A stretch of 64,000 bases of DNA, from contig CM076000.1 of assembly GCA_038087875.1 (NCBI GenBank), forward strand, positions 682,001 through 746,000. Direction: 5' to 3'. Within the stretch, counting starts at the first letter, position 1. Every line of letters starts with the position of its first letter. The notes under the pieces are model-generated. The model searched no databases. It was not told where the DNA came from and saw nothing but the letters and a program-made list of their open reading frames with translations. The stretch comes from Malacoraja senta. Lineage: Eukaryota. A program made the translations under genes and the position numbers. Positions 49,113-62,889 of this stretch are shown here, piece by piece.

Positions 49113-50974
49113 CTGAATATGTAAGAAAATACAGTAAAGTGAGTGAAGATTGTACATGAAGTTTATGTACAACTGCCACATGTGAAATGTAACAGCGGTT
49201 AAATGCCTTACAGTTTTTATCGATGGTTGCACAGGCCTCAGAAAATGTATACTACCTTCTCTTAAGTAAATTGGAAAGTTGTCCCGAATGATCTACGTTG
49301 CATTATCTGGGAATACTTTATTCACAAAACACAATAAGATAAAAATAAAAATCTATAAATACTTTAGCAATTACATTTTTACCATAAATGCAAGCGATAA
49401 ATCACATGAACTAAAGAAAAGATTGAATTGTAATTTAGATATATTTCATTTCCAGTATTATAGTACAATACGTTTAAATACCAAAATCTTTCAAATGCCA
49501 ATTTTGAAAGCTGATTTGTCCACTGAGTGAAATACATTTACTCAGTGGGTGAATATTTAATGCTTTATTTAATGATGAGATTATCTCATCTTAATCTTTT
49601 CAAAGTCACTGCATTTTGCCCTGAGTAAAATAAAGAAATATCTATTTGGCCTCAGTCAAGTATTGACAGATGTGTGAAGCATATTTTTAAAATTCCTTTA
49701 TTGCAGTGTAGTACAAAGAAATAACTGCAGGTGAGAGACTACATTTGCTAATATTTAAAAATGCTCGTGGGGAAAGTATTCCATTTCACCATATTGTTTG
49801 TAATTTGAAATTGTTGATCTATTATTTGAACTTTGAAGATCAGATGTCTTGGGTATATTTGTGTTATATTTGGCATCTTGTGAAATTGCACATACATTTT
49901 GGGTGATAACTATAATCTTAATCCTATGAGATTTAGCTCATCATCAGCAATCCAGGCATGTTTCGTTTCTAAACTGCGACACTGTAATGTAATTAATAGT
50001 ACAAAAATGTAATTGTATGAACAAATGAAGACTTTTGTCTGCCAATGAAGTCTGCTACTTTTGTCTGTCAGTAGGTACTATAGCAATGTTTAAGAAACAT
50101 TAAATAGGTACATTGATAGGATAGGTTTAGAGGGATATGGGCCAAATGCAGGCAGGTGGGACTAGTGTAGATGGGGTTGAAGGGCCTGTTTCCACGCTGT
50201 ATGACCCTATGACTCTCTATGACTCTAAATGGCATCACAAATGTGGCAATATTTTCAAGAAGGTTGGTAATAAAGTATATTAAATTGAGTATTGAGGTTT
50301 AATCCTGTGGCAAGACTAAATTCTTGCTATTAGTTCTTTAATTTGATCATGGTTCACAACAGGTTAATATTTGGCTTCACTCACACAAAATATATCTAAT
50401 TCATGCTACAGTAATCGATTTATCTAAAAATAAACATGAAAGTTACCAGAGAAATTATAACATTTTCTGTTATGAAGAACTAATAGTCCATTCTTTGGTC
50501 AAATAAGTAGTATTTTCTATGGGATTTTTCACAAAGATCAGCATGAACTCTGAATTAACTATGCCTCTGAGAATTCAACCATTTACTTTATGTTCTCAAG
50601 GCCATAACAAATGCTATTGTATAGGACTCTCTGGAATTCATGCAATTTCTAAGTACTACATAGGCACACAACCAAATTACTCCTCGGTGAAGGGGCTTGA
50701 TTTATATTATTGGATTTGAAAATATAATTCTGGTCCAGGAACAGTGTAGTGTTTTATTCTCGTTAAACAAATCTTGTGTGACACTACAGTGCCGGTAAAT
50801 TGATATTTCACTTGCAAGGTCACTAATTAACCTGCGATCTCACTATATTTCATTATGGAAGAGAGCCATCGAACTTTGCAGCACAGGTCGCAGCCATTCA
50901 GTTAATCAATTCCAGAACAATTCAATGCACTTCAGCTATCCAATTTATTCCAGCATAATGCAAACAAAAAGGGC

Positions 50975-51830
50975 AGGCCATACGAGGAACTCAGCGGACC
51001 AGGCAGCATCTGTGCAGACAAATAGACAGTCGACCTATCGGGTAAAGACCCTTTATCTCAATTGCAGAAGCAGAGGGGAAGTAGCCAGAATAGAGAGGTT
51101 GGAGGAAGGGTAGGGCAAAAGCTAGTGACAGGTGGATACTTGTTGGGGTGGGCTGATGGGCAGATAAGTGTCAGGTGGGGTAGGGAAGGGTGGAGTTAGC
51201 GACAGAGGCTGAGTGGTGAAAAGTAGAGAACAAAAGACTGCAGATTTTGGAATTTGATAGGAAAGGAAGGTGCAGAGCGGAACCGAATAAAAAGTGATGG
51301 TGTCAGATGGGACCAATGGGAGGGGGAGGGGTAGGGGGAGGGGGAGGGGAGTTGGGAATGGAAGGGATCCAAAGGGAGGAGTGCCATGGTGATGGGGGGA
51401 TGAAGGGAAAAGAAACAGTGCAATGGTGGGCTTGGCAGGAGGGTGATCCTGTGGGAAGAAAGGAATGTACAGTAGTCCCTGCAAAAAAAGGGATAAGGAG
51501 GGGTAGATGAGACTCATGGTGGGATCCTGTATTAGCTGGCAGAAATGTTGACTAATGATGTGCTGGATGCTGGATGAAAAGCAAGGAGTAAGGGAACTCC
51601 CTCCCTGTTCTTGTCGAGCCGAGGTGGGGTGAGATCAGAAGTGAAGTATATGGCGGAGATACGAGTAAAGGCTTGGTCAACTACAGTGCGTGGATGGGGG
51701 CAAAAGGAAGTCTGATTTCCTGAAAGAAATGTCCAGGAGTTAAAAGCTTCATTTTGGAAACAGATGCGGCGGAGATCGAGAAACTGGGAAAGGGTAGGAG
51801 TCCATGCAGGATGGGAGAAAGTGTAGTCTA
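50975..51830 (-). mobile_element. Old degenerate Penelope-like element
   Basis: GAACTCAGCGGACCAGGCAGCATCTGTG terminus followed by a purine-rich stretch like the reverse complement of the 3' UTR of the 35635 copy. Confidence 0.5.
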
Positions 51831-53315
51831 AACCTTACTCCTGTATTGTTCTCAGCATTAAATATTCTATCAATGGATACAGTACTTCTGTCCTAGTCAT
51901 ACCCTGTCATATACACACCACATTCACAAAATCATTGATAATCTCTGTGCCTATCTGGTGACCATTTTAAATTATCAACCTCTCACTGATTTTCCAAAGA
52001 AAGGAAATGATGGTTCTCTTTTCATTATCAATACCCTACATCAGTTTGCAACTTTTTATTAAATCGCCTCAATCTGCTTGGTGGGAAAGAAATCTCAGCG
52101 TTTCATCTCTCTGTATTACCATTAATTTCCCATTCTTGGCATCACTGTAACAAGTCTACATTGAAGGTTCTCTGTATGTTAATAGCTCTTCAGATTGGGG
52201 TGCCTAAAATCTGCATTCAAAGTTCTAACTGTGTTTATATAAATTTAATAACCCTTTATTCTTGCACCCACAAAGAATAAGGTTGACAAAAGGTTCACAT
52301 TTTCAACAAAAAAACAGAAAGTTTACAATTATGGCTTCATCCATTTGTCCTTTCATGAAATTATATATCAGGGCCTCTAGATTCTTTACCCCATAGATAA
52401 TGCAGAAACAATTTGAACTGGTAATGGAGCTGCAATAGAAAAAGCAATAAACACATTGTATTTTACACATATTTGATGTATGCATTTTAAAAATAATGTG
52501 CTTGTTTCTTTAATACCAAAGCTTGATTTACACACTCATATCTTTGGAATAAAGCGCTTAAATTTACTACTGACAGTGTAGTTACGTATATGTGTATAAT
52601 TTATGCGTTTTTGAATTATGTGCCAGTTTTCAGACAGGTATCCTCTGCGTAAAACGTGAGGTGTATGTGTGTATATATATTATATACATATATAGTCCCA
52701 TGTTCACACTACAGGACAAACCTGATGATATAATGTAGCAACAGGTGATGACACTGCTGAATTAGATGCAAAGCTACAACCACACGATTCAGCGGCACTT
52801 TTAGTAGCTGATGGTAATTAACAATATGTGACAGAAATTAAGAGAACACATCTGTTAAAAATTCAAGCAGACTTTGAATGATTATTACAATTGTCAAAAC
52901 AAAGTATAGCCACAGTATGCTAGATACAGCTCTCTTTCAAATAGGTGTATGTCCACTGAGGCAGCATGCACCTTTTCCACAAATAGGTTTGCTTTTTTGC
53001 AGGGCAATTTTTTTCACATGGGTCTTAAAAATACATCTGTCAGAGAGAAAACACCACATGTAGTCACGGGCAAGCACACACAATCGGATGTGTGGCAGCT
53101 GGATTTCTCTATATATTGGATCAAGGTCCATTATTTTTTCTCCCATATATTGTCTATGTAAAATTCTCTTTGCTAATTTGAACTAAAAGTTTTCTTCATC
53201 CTTTCCTTTTTCCTTCAATCATTCTCATCTACACTTTTTTTCCGTGTTACCTCGGCTTCCGTTTCTCTCAAATTGTCCTACAGTAGGGGGCACTCAACTC
53301 TTCAAATGTGCTAAC

Positions 53316-53478
53316 CTTCTGAAAGTCTGGGTTCCACAGTTTTCCTTGATCTGGATGCCTGAAACAGATCCACCTTTGGGCATGATGACGCACCAGCAAC
53401 ATTATTCCGTACAAATGAAGAGAATGAATTAAGTGAAGCTTTGGTATCTGGGATTAACTGATGCATTTGAATTCCAAC
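53316..53478 (-). CDS. REV1: REV1 coding exon (VGIQMHQLIP...VEPRLSE)
   Basis: tttag / gttagc; open frame, phase 0/1; N-terminal part conserved, remainder divergent. Confidence 0.88.
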
Positions 53479-54396
53479 CTAAAGAAAAATAAGAGAAAAA
53501 CTAGACTACATTCAAATTCATTTTTATGCAATTAAAATGTTACTTTTCCCCCCATATTTCACAGTTTAACTGCATCACATGTTTTACAACTGCAACCATA
53601 TTTCACAATTATTCAATTTGTTCAAAGAATGATTCTTCATATAATAGTGCAACTTGCAATTGGGGATATACTAGAATAAGCACAGCATAACAAATTATTG
53701 CACAAACTGCATAAATATTACAAAACAAATCTAATGTAGGACTATCCAAGTTATGTCCTAATGAATTATCTGAAAGCTTGGGCCTAGTGCATCTCCATAT
53801 GTTCTAAATCATTTCTCTCTATCCACATTACTTCTTCAGACCTCCAATAAATTGGCCAAATATAATTTTTCACATAATCATCGATTTACATCAAAACTAT
53901 TAATGTGGTTATTTATGCTTAAACCAGAAAATACAATTAACTGTATCAACATAATCATAATGATTCGTGATTTTGAACACCATTAAATCTCCTCTGCACT
54001 GGCCTCTCTGCACTAAGGAGAACAATCCTAGCATCTCCAATCTCTCCATGTGTCTGAAGTACCTAATCTTTTGGTACCCATTATTTCAGGAAATCCATTC
54101 TGCCTCCTCTTAAAAGGCCTCAAAATAGTTAATGACGTGGTGCCAACTGAAAATGGTACTTGAGATAGACTAAATTCTACTTTAAATTGTGCCACTTTAA
54201 CATTATTCTTTTTGTTTGGATTTTGGAAGCCTGGTAATTGATTCCCAAATGAAATGTTGTTCATCACTTTTTCTGCATTCCAACAGCATACTGCGGATTC
54301 AACTAAAGAATGTCAAAATAGTTTAAAGTTTTAGTTTTATTATGGTGTCACTCAATTACATAGTGTATCGATCGTAATCCATAAATTTTAACTTAC

Positions 54397-54499
54397 CCCT
54401 CTCATATCTGTCACATTCAGCTTCATCATATGGAACATGTTCAGTACTTCTCTGCTAATTATTTTTGCATTGCCCGTTGCATGGTCTAAAGTCACACTT
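54397..54499 (-). CDS. REV1: REV1 coding exon (SVTLDHATGNAKIISREVLNMFHMMKLNVTDMRG)
   Basis: tatag / gtaagt; phase 2/0. Confidence 0.95.
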
Positions 54500-55922
54500 C
54501 TATAGATTCCAAATTTGGAGACAGTTGTTAAAATGACAATAAAGGTAGGATCAAAACATATTTAAGTGCATAATTTATAAAATACCACATGAAGAACAAA
54601 TGAAAAATCCAGTTCCTTACAATTCTATGCATACATTATCATATTAATATAAATATAGAAAGAAATGTTAAAAGTCTGCACCATATTTTAGATTTAGCAT
54701 GTAAACATCAAGCCTCTTGAAATCCATAACTAAAGGACACATTTTCAGAATTTAATCAGATTGCATAAATTAATCGCTGTAAAAGCAAATTCCAAACAAC
54801 ATCCTTCAAAATTACTCTTACTCTTACAAACTATGCAACATGCACAAAAATCGGGTGGTGGCACTGCTGTAAGCAGGAAGTTTTGTTCAGAACATTACTG
54901 CAGTGAATTTCTAAGCTTATTGTTTCAGCGCTCTAGGGCTAAGATGAATAATTTACTATTATCAGAATTCAGCAAAAATAACCTTTAATTTGCATATCAA
55001 AATATAAACTTTTTTTCTGAGGATTCAAATGCAGCACGTGTATGGAATTAGATGAAGGAATCTGATGGAATATAATTTAAGTCTTGCACCTTATTCTTTC
55101 ACATTTTAGAAATTAATTTACAAGATATTTCATAATACAAAACAATAAGCCTAAATATGGGATCTTATGTCAGGTTCATTGAGCATCAAACAATTTTAAA
55201 ATTTAGACTATTTTGAAACTGAAGAAACAAAAGATCTTTAAAAATACAGCAAATATTTTAAATTATTTTGCAGCATTCTTTGGGTTGCCTGTTATGCCAT
55301 AGACAGATGACAAATGAAAAACAGCAGGGAGTGCAAAGTGGTATTTAAGTGGCATTTGCAAATATAGGAAATGTAAATCCATAGACATTTACAAAATAAA
55401 GAAGGCACACACAAAACAAAAAGATGAGTGCTAATCAGCAATCTTGGCCAAATGAATAGAAGTTTGGTGGTGTAGTAAAATGATTCTGGATGAATAAACC
55501 AAAACCTCTTACAAAAATCTAACTGGTCCCTGTACCCTGGATAACTAACACTTTCTATACTAATTGTCAGGAGGCAGTCTAACACTACTTTCCTAAAGAA
55601 ACCACCAGAAATAGCAAATAATTGCTATGTATAAGACCAACGCCGTATCCAAAGATGTAGAAAAGACTAATCATAGACTTCTATGATGAGCATTCTATGG
55701 CTTTGCCTTTAATAACGAATGCTGTGAATTAGTTGGACATAAAGAGCAATTCAATTAAGAACTTTTAATCACTGCAATCTCATCACAGGTGAGGTTTAAT
55801 CAAGTATTGTGTAGTGGTCTTACGATTTCCGATCATACTATTTTAGTTATCCTGGTAAAAATGTCAATATTCAATTATATACTAAACCTATCTAAAAACT
55901 TAACTCTAGTAAGTGAAAATAG

Positions 55923-56965
55923 TAGGTATGTTACAATACTTACCTTCAGCGGCGCTGTAATTCTGCCACTGGCCGTGTGCGCGATTTTGGCACCTTTAAG
56001 GGGGGGGCGGGTTTAAAACGGGGGTTTCTCCTACCTTGTCCTGAATTATATTTTGTTGGAGTACAAGCGTTTGCTGAAGAATCGTTCCTAGGGGCGTTTT
56101 GTGAATTTTTTATTTTTATTAAATCGACAATGTCAGCGCTGGAGTTATTTTAAAATCAGCTCCTGAAGCCGTCAACGCCGATAACAGGGACGGATTTCAC
56201 GTACGGGACAGGTAAACGAAAGTGGTTTATTTAAATGTATAAAAGTGCTTCTTAAGAAGCCTTTAATTCACATTTTTTCTTGCGAAACGGTGATTTTATT
56301 CCCCGAATTAACGGCAGTATTTTTCATGCCAATACGGGGTTAAATTCACTGCAAATGAACGTTCCAAATGATCGCGTTCCAGAAATCCTCACTCACAAGA
56401 TGATTTAAATGCCCATTAATTTACAGGTATTAAACATTCAATTCCTTCCATTTGGCCTGTAAATTCATGACCGTGAGATTTAAAAATTATGTTATATTGT
56501 GAATTCTTGTGTGAATGTTATTTGGACACTTAGGCTATTAAAAAATGTTAATCTATTCTTAAGAAATTGATAGATGTTTAGATCTAGTAATTGAATTTTG
56601 TAATTAGCTACAATTAGGTAACTAACTAATTATATGCTTTAATTTCATATCTTCTTAGTAAGATTGTTTCATATTTGTTTCAGAATGCTTCAATCTATAA
56701 TAACTGAAAATTTCTTTCAGTTCTCTTAATTTTTAAGAAGGTTATGGGCTTTTAACTGTCCTCGATCACAGCTTTTGTGTTAAGTCAATGGAAAAGCAAT
56801 AGGGAACAAGATGCTAATTTCCGAGTATGAAAATGGCCATAACCTTTTTAATACTGAAGATATGAAAGTGAATTAGGTGTCAAATTAAACTTCTTTTTAT
56901 GCTTTATCTGATGGGATAAATTGCAGACTTTATTTTTAAAATCTCAAAATTTTATAACATTGCTA
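55923..56965. mobile_element. Non-autonomous TIR DNA transposon
   Basis: Imperfect TIRs TAGGTATGTTACAA / TAGCAATGTTATAA; 7-bp direct repeat AAAATAG on both flanks. Confidence 0.65.
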
Positions 56966-57775
56966 AAAATAGCAAAACTATCTTCACCAGAATAAATTAT
57001 GAAGTCCCATCAAGTTGTTAAAAGATAAGCTGTAATGACATGACAAACAAAATTTCCTCAACATCTGGCAGAATAAAAAATGTTCATGAATTTTTGTTGA
57101 AATCAAAGCACCATATCCGAAGAGCAAGATTAATTCCAACTGGGAATTTCCAGAAGACTGCACGCATTTGTAGAATTTGCAAGTTTTATACCACATATTT
57201 TCAAAACCTCGATACACTGAAATTTTGCATATTTTAACCGTGATATTTTACTAACCCTGTTTGCAACGTCACAAAACACAAAGAGTCTGAAGCCAATAAT
57301 GTAAGAATTTCAGCTAAAAAAACACCACGCTTTGTCTATATTTATATGGATTTAAAGTGCAACTTGGGCATTGTGCTGACTTGAGCTCGAGTTTTCACAA
57401 TAATCTCAACTTTACTAAATTCTGTGTCCAGTAATATGCTGTGAATTTTGGTTTTAATTATGAAAAACCAAAAAATTAGAGCTTGCCATGTTGTATAATA
57501 TGATGAAAAAATAAATAAAGCCTATGCGAGTGATTATGAAAGCATACATATACTTATAACCTAAGGTTTAACAAAAACAATTAAAATTCAGGAATTATTT
57601 TGTGTTGTTTTATATTCAATTTTTACATAAACCACTATTCTTTTAGATGTTGTGTAGTGAAGGAAGAAAAGATGATCTTGTTAACTAACCTTTGAATATA
57701 TCTTTGTCGGACATTATTTTTTTCTGGAATTATATATTTTCTTTTTTACAAACACCGATTCACAATTCAACATAC

Positions 57776-57948
57776 CTAGTAATATTGTCACAGATTCCAT
57801 GCCCACCAAACTTAGCCGGTTCTGTAGGTGCACCAGGTTTTCTCACCATTACTTTAAGAGTTAAACGTTTCCCTTGCATTCTGGACAGCTCCAGTCGCCG
57901 CTGAATTTCTCCCGCAAGATTGAGAAGAAATACTTCTGCCTCTTTAGT
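57776..57948 (-). CDS. REV1: REV1 coding exon, little-finger domain (TKEAEVFLLNL...KFGGHGICDNITR)
   Basis: ctcag / gtatgt; phase 0/2. Confidence 0.96.
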
Positions 57949-58411
57949 CTGAGGGAGGGAAAGAATGTATTGAGAATTTTGCACAATGTTTGTTTTGTAT
58001 ATTTTTTTTATAACACAGTGTTTTTTAATTTAAAATGTTTGAGGGAGAGAAAGACAAAAATTATAAATACAAACCCTTAACCAATAAAGAGATTTTCCAC
58101 CATCAATTTAACAAAAATCTCAAAGGGCGATAGTCATGGCCAAAAAGTATTTTGAGTTGCAGGTTTAAGCAAAAACAGATTCTTTGCTACAAAATCTCAT
58201 TTTAATGAAGAATCTTGAACCAGAGTTGTAGGCAAAGACAAATATCAAAAGTCAGTTATTTTAAGCATAGGTGCAGGGATTTCCCCACTATTTCTAGCTT
58301 CCCTGTTAAGTCAAGCGTCTGACCTTAAGTTCCTAATGTTTATTACTGCCTTCAGCTGTCAACAAGTTTATAAGAATCACTGGGGAGAGAAAGTAGCTGT
58401 CATGTAAGATT

Positions 58412-58520
58412 GTAGGAAGGAACTGCCTGACTAAAGAAGGGTCTCGACCTGAAACGTCTCCCATTCCTTCTCTCCAGAGATGCTGCCTGTCCCGCTGAGT
58501 TACTCCAGATCTTGTGTCTA
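58412..58520 (+). mobile_element. Penelope-derived mini-element with a short inverted 5' piece
   Basis: TSD TCAT(G/T)TAAGATT. Confidence 0.8.
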
Positions 58521-58933
58521 TCATTTAAGATTAATTACCTTCAATTTTAATGCAGTGTACCAACAAAAATGCCATCTAGCATCTAAGCGTTTCTTATTCT
58601 TAGCAGAACAAGGAATATAATTGGTGTTTTCAATGGAGATTTTTTTTGGCACATAGAAATGGATTCAAATAGTGTGTTGCTGGAAAGAAGATTCACAAGG
58701 CTTCACAAAAATTCGAGGCATTCAAGGACCTTGTAAGAAACTTTTGTAATTAGGTGAAGGCTATCTTGTTTTAAAATGACAGGGAAAAGGAACCATTTGG
58801 AATGGTAGTGAAACGGAGGATAATGGAAAATAATATCCTGGTCTCGGATGGCAATGATTTGATAGGAATTACAATAAGGAAGCTGTGTAGTTATCAGAAT
58901 GTATGCATTCAATTCAGGTGACAACGATATTCA

Positions 58934-59155
58934 AAATAAGACACAATGTGCTGGAGTAACTTGGCGTGTCAGGCAGCATCTCTGGAGTACATGGATATGT
59001 GATGTTTCGGGTCACACTTTTCTTCAGGCTTTTGAAGACTTCGGAAGAAGCATCCTGACAAACATCATCTATCCATGTTCGCCAGAGATGCTACCTGACC
59101 TGCTCCAGCACTTTGTGTCTTATTTTGCAGACCAGCGACTGAAGATCCTTGCGAC
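58934..59155. mobile_element. Older Penelope-derived fold-back mini-element
   Basis: Inverted arms; TSD GACAA(C/A)GATATTCA. Confidence 0.8.
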
Positions 59156-59224
59156 GACAAAGATATTCATAGCTCAACCTTTCCTACAACCTCTATTCTC
59201 ATAATATGTAACAATCAAATAATT

Positions 59225-60090
59225 CAAGCATGTTTATTTGTCATATACATTGGATAGGAACTGGCGCAATCTATGTGCTGCACCTTTAGACACAATAGAT
59301 GCAACCAGATAAATAAATATATGATAAATTATCTAATTTTCAAAGCAAACAGAACTATGATAGTGCAAAAAACAAAGTATATAGAGTAACCAAAACAGTA
59401 CAAAGTCCGACGTGGTTCAGTGCTGATGTTGGGCTGTGCAGGGTAGATCAAAAACACGATGGATGGTTGATAGAAACAACTGCGAGGTAACAGTTTTCAG
59501 GCTCCTGTACCTTCTTCCCAATGGCCAAATATTAGCTGCTTCTTGAGGCAATGTTTTCTGCAGCTTCCTTAATGGTGGAGCGGTCAGTACCCTATGATGG
59601 GTTACTGACCACTTTCACCACTTTGTTCAATGTTCACCACTTTCTGGAGCCTCCTTCCTTCTTGGGAATCTTGCAACCAGTCAGTTAGCTCTCCACCATA
59701 CACTTGTATTAGCTTGATCGGCAACATGCCGAATCTTCTCAAACCTTTGATGACGCAGAAGGGTTGAGGAGCTTACTTTATGAATGTATCAATGTGCTTG
59801 GTCCAGGACAGATCACAGATGTGTATGCGCAAGAAACTGAAGTTGTTAATCCTCTTCACCGTCATCCCAACAAAGACACAAGCATGGTCTCTTGTGTTTT
59901 CCTTCTTGAAGTCAACAGTCAGCTCCCTGGTTTTGCTAATGCTGAGAGCAAGATGGTTTTTCTGACACCACCCAATCAGATTTACAATCTCCCTCCTGTA
60001 CTCTGACTCGTTATTTTGTTAATTCTCCAATGCCATTGGCATTGTCAGCAAATTTAAAAATGGTGTTGGAGCTCTGTCTGACTACACAGT
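59225..60090 (-). mobile_element. Old degenerate Rex1/Babar-type LINE fragment
   Basis: Minus-strand KFADN and LSWT-like motifs plus a TTTATTTGTCATAT tail. Confidence 0.6.
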
Positions 60091-60683
60091 CATGCATGGA
60101 GAACACTCAAATGGTCTTGGTAGGAATACACTCCTCCGCGGATTTCCTCAGGAAGTTGATAACAAAAATGGGGTATTCATTTAAGTCTGTTGCCGAGTCT
60201 TGGAACATCGCCTTGTTTACTGGATAATTAATGGGCAAAATACAATTATGTGGTTCTAACTTTGCTCGATTTGAATGGTTTTAATAAAAATAAATAATTA
60301 TACAAACAAAAAAAGTTTCCATGTAAAAAAATGATACGGGCAATAATTGTCATACATATATTTACATTTATATTAATTTTGCTTTAAGAATGTTGTATGT
60401 GGCTTAAATATATGTGCATAAATGACTGACCAATCCTGCTTGTTTGTGGCATATTCTGGCCAATGGTGGAATAATGGAGACCTGGTATAAGTAGGTAAAT
60501 TTTAAATGACTTTGAATCATACATTTGATATTGCAAATTATTTCATTTAAATGTACTTCACAGAGACCAAAAGTTGATGCAAATCATTTGATTTGTATAA
60601 AGCTCAGGATCAGATGTAAAAAAGCTTGCTATTAATATGAACAAAAGATTGCAAGTTCTCAAAAATATTAATAAATAACTTAC

Positions 60684-60904
60684 CTGACTAAACCGAATTC
60701 CATAGTTGATCTCTGCAGATACAGATTTTCGCTCTTTCTCTGTTCGGACTGGCCTATCATCAAGGCCTCGGCAGAATCTGTAAAGCATTTGGCCTGTTTT
60801 GGGCCCAAATTCCTTTTGAAGTCTTGCCATCAAAATCTGCTGCAGTTCGCCACATGTTTTAACACCAAATGATGCCATTTTGTATTCTAATGCTCTTCCA
60901 ACTC
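60684..60904 (-). CDS. REV1: REV1 coding exon, Y-family polymerase thumb/linker (GVGRALEYKMASFGVKTCGELQ...KSVSAEINYGIRFSQ); upstream exons lie outside the window
   Basis: tttag / gtaagt on the minus strand; near identity to vertebrate REV1 KEFGPKTGQMLYRFCRGLDDRPVRTEKERKSVSAEINYGIRF. Confidence 0.97.
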
Positions 60905-60981
60905 CTAAATATAACACCAACAGCATATAAATTTAAGGTAAGAAACAGAAAAGAAAATGATGATGAGAAACAAGCATTTAA

Positions 60982-61111
60982 GTCTGAAGAAGGATCTCGA
61001 CCCAAAATGTCGCCAATTCCTTCTCTCCATAGATGCTGCCTCACCCGCTGAGTTTCTCCAGCACTTTTTGCCTACCTTCGATTTTTCCAGCATCTGCAGT
61101 TCTTTCTTAAA
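60982..61111 (+). mobile_element. Penelope-derived mini-element
   Basis: GTCTGAAGAAGGATCTCGACCCAAAATGTC...TTCTTAAA; TSD CATTTAA. Confidence 0.85.
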
Positions 61112-61260
61112 CATTTAATCTCATAGTGCGATTCAGCTGGTGATTTATCCTTCACTTACAGGTTCATGGTTTGTATTCGAATGGTTTATACTCCGAAACA
61201 TTTGTGCTAAAAATTCAAATATTCACAACCTTAATAGTCTAACATGTAAGAAAATAATAT

Positions 61261-61440
61261 GTAGGAAGGAACTACAAAATGCTGGAGTAACTCAGCGGGA
61301 CAGGCAGTATTTCTGGAGAGAAGGAATGGGTGATGATTCAGGTTGAGACCCTTCTTTAGACTGAAGAAGTGTCTCGACCCAAAATGTCACCCATTCCTTC
61401 TCTCTAGAGATGCAGCCTGTCTCGCTGAGTTACTCATTTC
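61261..61440. mobile_element. Penelope-derived fold-back mini-element
   Basis: Inverted arms around CTTCTTTAGACTGAAGAAG; flanking AATATGT repeat. Confidence 0.8.
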
Positions 61441-62152
61441 AATATGTTCACTGAAAAATCATTAATTTGTTCCATGCAAAAACCTCTGAAGAAGTTTAAA
61501 GTAATAAAATTTAATTTGCCACTCGCATGAACACTTTTACAACAGATTATTAATCGTGGCAATCAGGGCTTGAATTGAGTGTTATCCTTCAAATACCTGG
61601 TCCATTAACAAGGTGTCAAATTATTTTGTATTCTGTTGCCACAGCCCTTTTAGGCAGGTTCCAAGGCATATGGAATATTTAAATTTATCAAATTACCCAA
61701 AATAAATGTAAAATGTGATATTTCAATGAAATAAATTATTTAAATAATTACCCATCTTAAAATATGACTGTTTGAAATACACTAATTTTAAGTAAACATT
61801 TTCCTAGTTGAAAATGAGCAAAAATAACATTAATTAAGTAGTAAAGGCAGAATACTGAAAGGCATAGTGAGTGAGCAAGCAAGTGGGTGAAATTAGACTT
61901 GGTGGTTCATGAAGAGAGAAACATTGGTGACAACCCGCTGGCTAAATAAATAGTTCATATGATATATCACGCTGTGATTCTACGAGTTTGTACAGCTTTC
62001 CCCACAAATCAGGCGTCATACACATGATAAATGCTATGTTCTTGTTATTCGCCCTTAAATGGAAGTGCACTCATTTACGAGGCTGAACCACTTTGCAGAC
62101 GGTTCAAACTGCTCGCTGAGTCAGTTTCCAAACACATTTCACACTGCTTACT

Positions 62153-62889
62153 GTTTAAGAAGGAACTGCAGATGCTGGAAAATCGAAGGTAGACAAAAAT
62201 TCTGGAGAAACTCATGAGGTGAGGCAGCATCTATGGAGCGAAGGAAATAGGCAACGAACTGAGCGGAGGTGTTCGGCGAAGCGATCGCCAAGCCTACGCT
62301 TGGTCTCACCGATGTAGAGCAGCTGACATCTCCCTTGACTCCATTCAAGGACCCAAGCAGTCTTTCCAGGTGCGGCAGAGGTTCACCTGCACCTCCTCGA
62401 AACTCATCTATTGCATCCGCTGTTCTAGATGTCAGCTGCTCTACATTGGTGAGACCTAGTGTAGGCTTGGTGATCGCTTTGCTGAACACCTCCGCTCGGT
62501 TCGCAATAACCAACCTGATCTCCCGGTGGCTCAGCACTTCAACTCCCCCTCCCATTCCGAATCCGACCTTTCTGTCCTGGGCCTCTTCCATGGCCAGAGT
62601 GAGGACCACTGTAAATTGGAGCAGCAGCACCTCATATTTCGCTTTGGCAGTTTGCACCCCAGCGGTATGAACATTTTGACCTCTAATTTCAGGTAGTCCT
62701 TATTTTCTCCTCCCCTTCTCAGCTCTCCCTCAGCCCTCTGGTTCCACCTCTTCCTTTCTTCCTCCTGCCCCCACCCCCCCCTCCCCCCCCACCCTCACAT
62801 CAGTCTGAAGAAGGGTTTCGACCCGAAACATTGCCTATTTCCTTCGCTCCATAGATGCTACCTCACCCACTGAGTTTCAGCATTTTTGT
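62153..62889 (+). mobile_element. 5'-truncated Penelope-like element (GIY-YIG remnant, inverted pLTR, internal inversion)
   Basis: Homologous to the 35635 copy; 11-bp TSD CACTGCTTACT. Confidence 0.9.

Noticed and set aside
51318..51356. G-quadruplex-like GGGGGA repeats
   Set aside because: Low-complexity part of a degenerate retroelement UTR; no sign of specific function.
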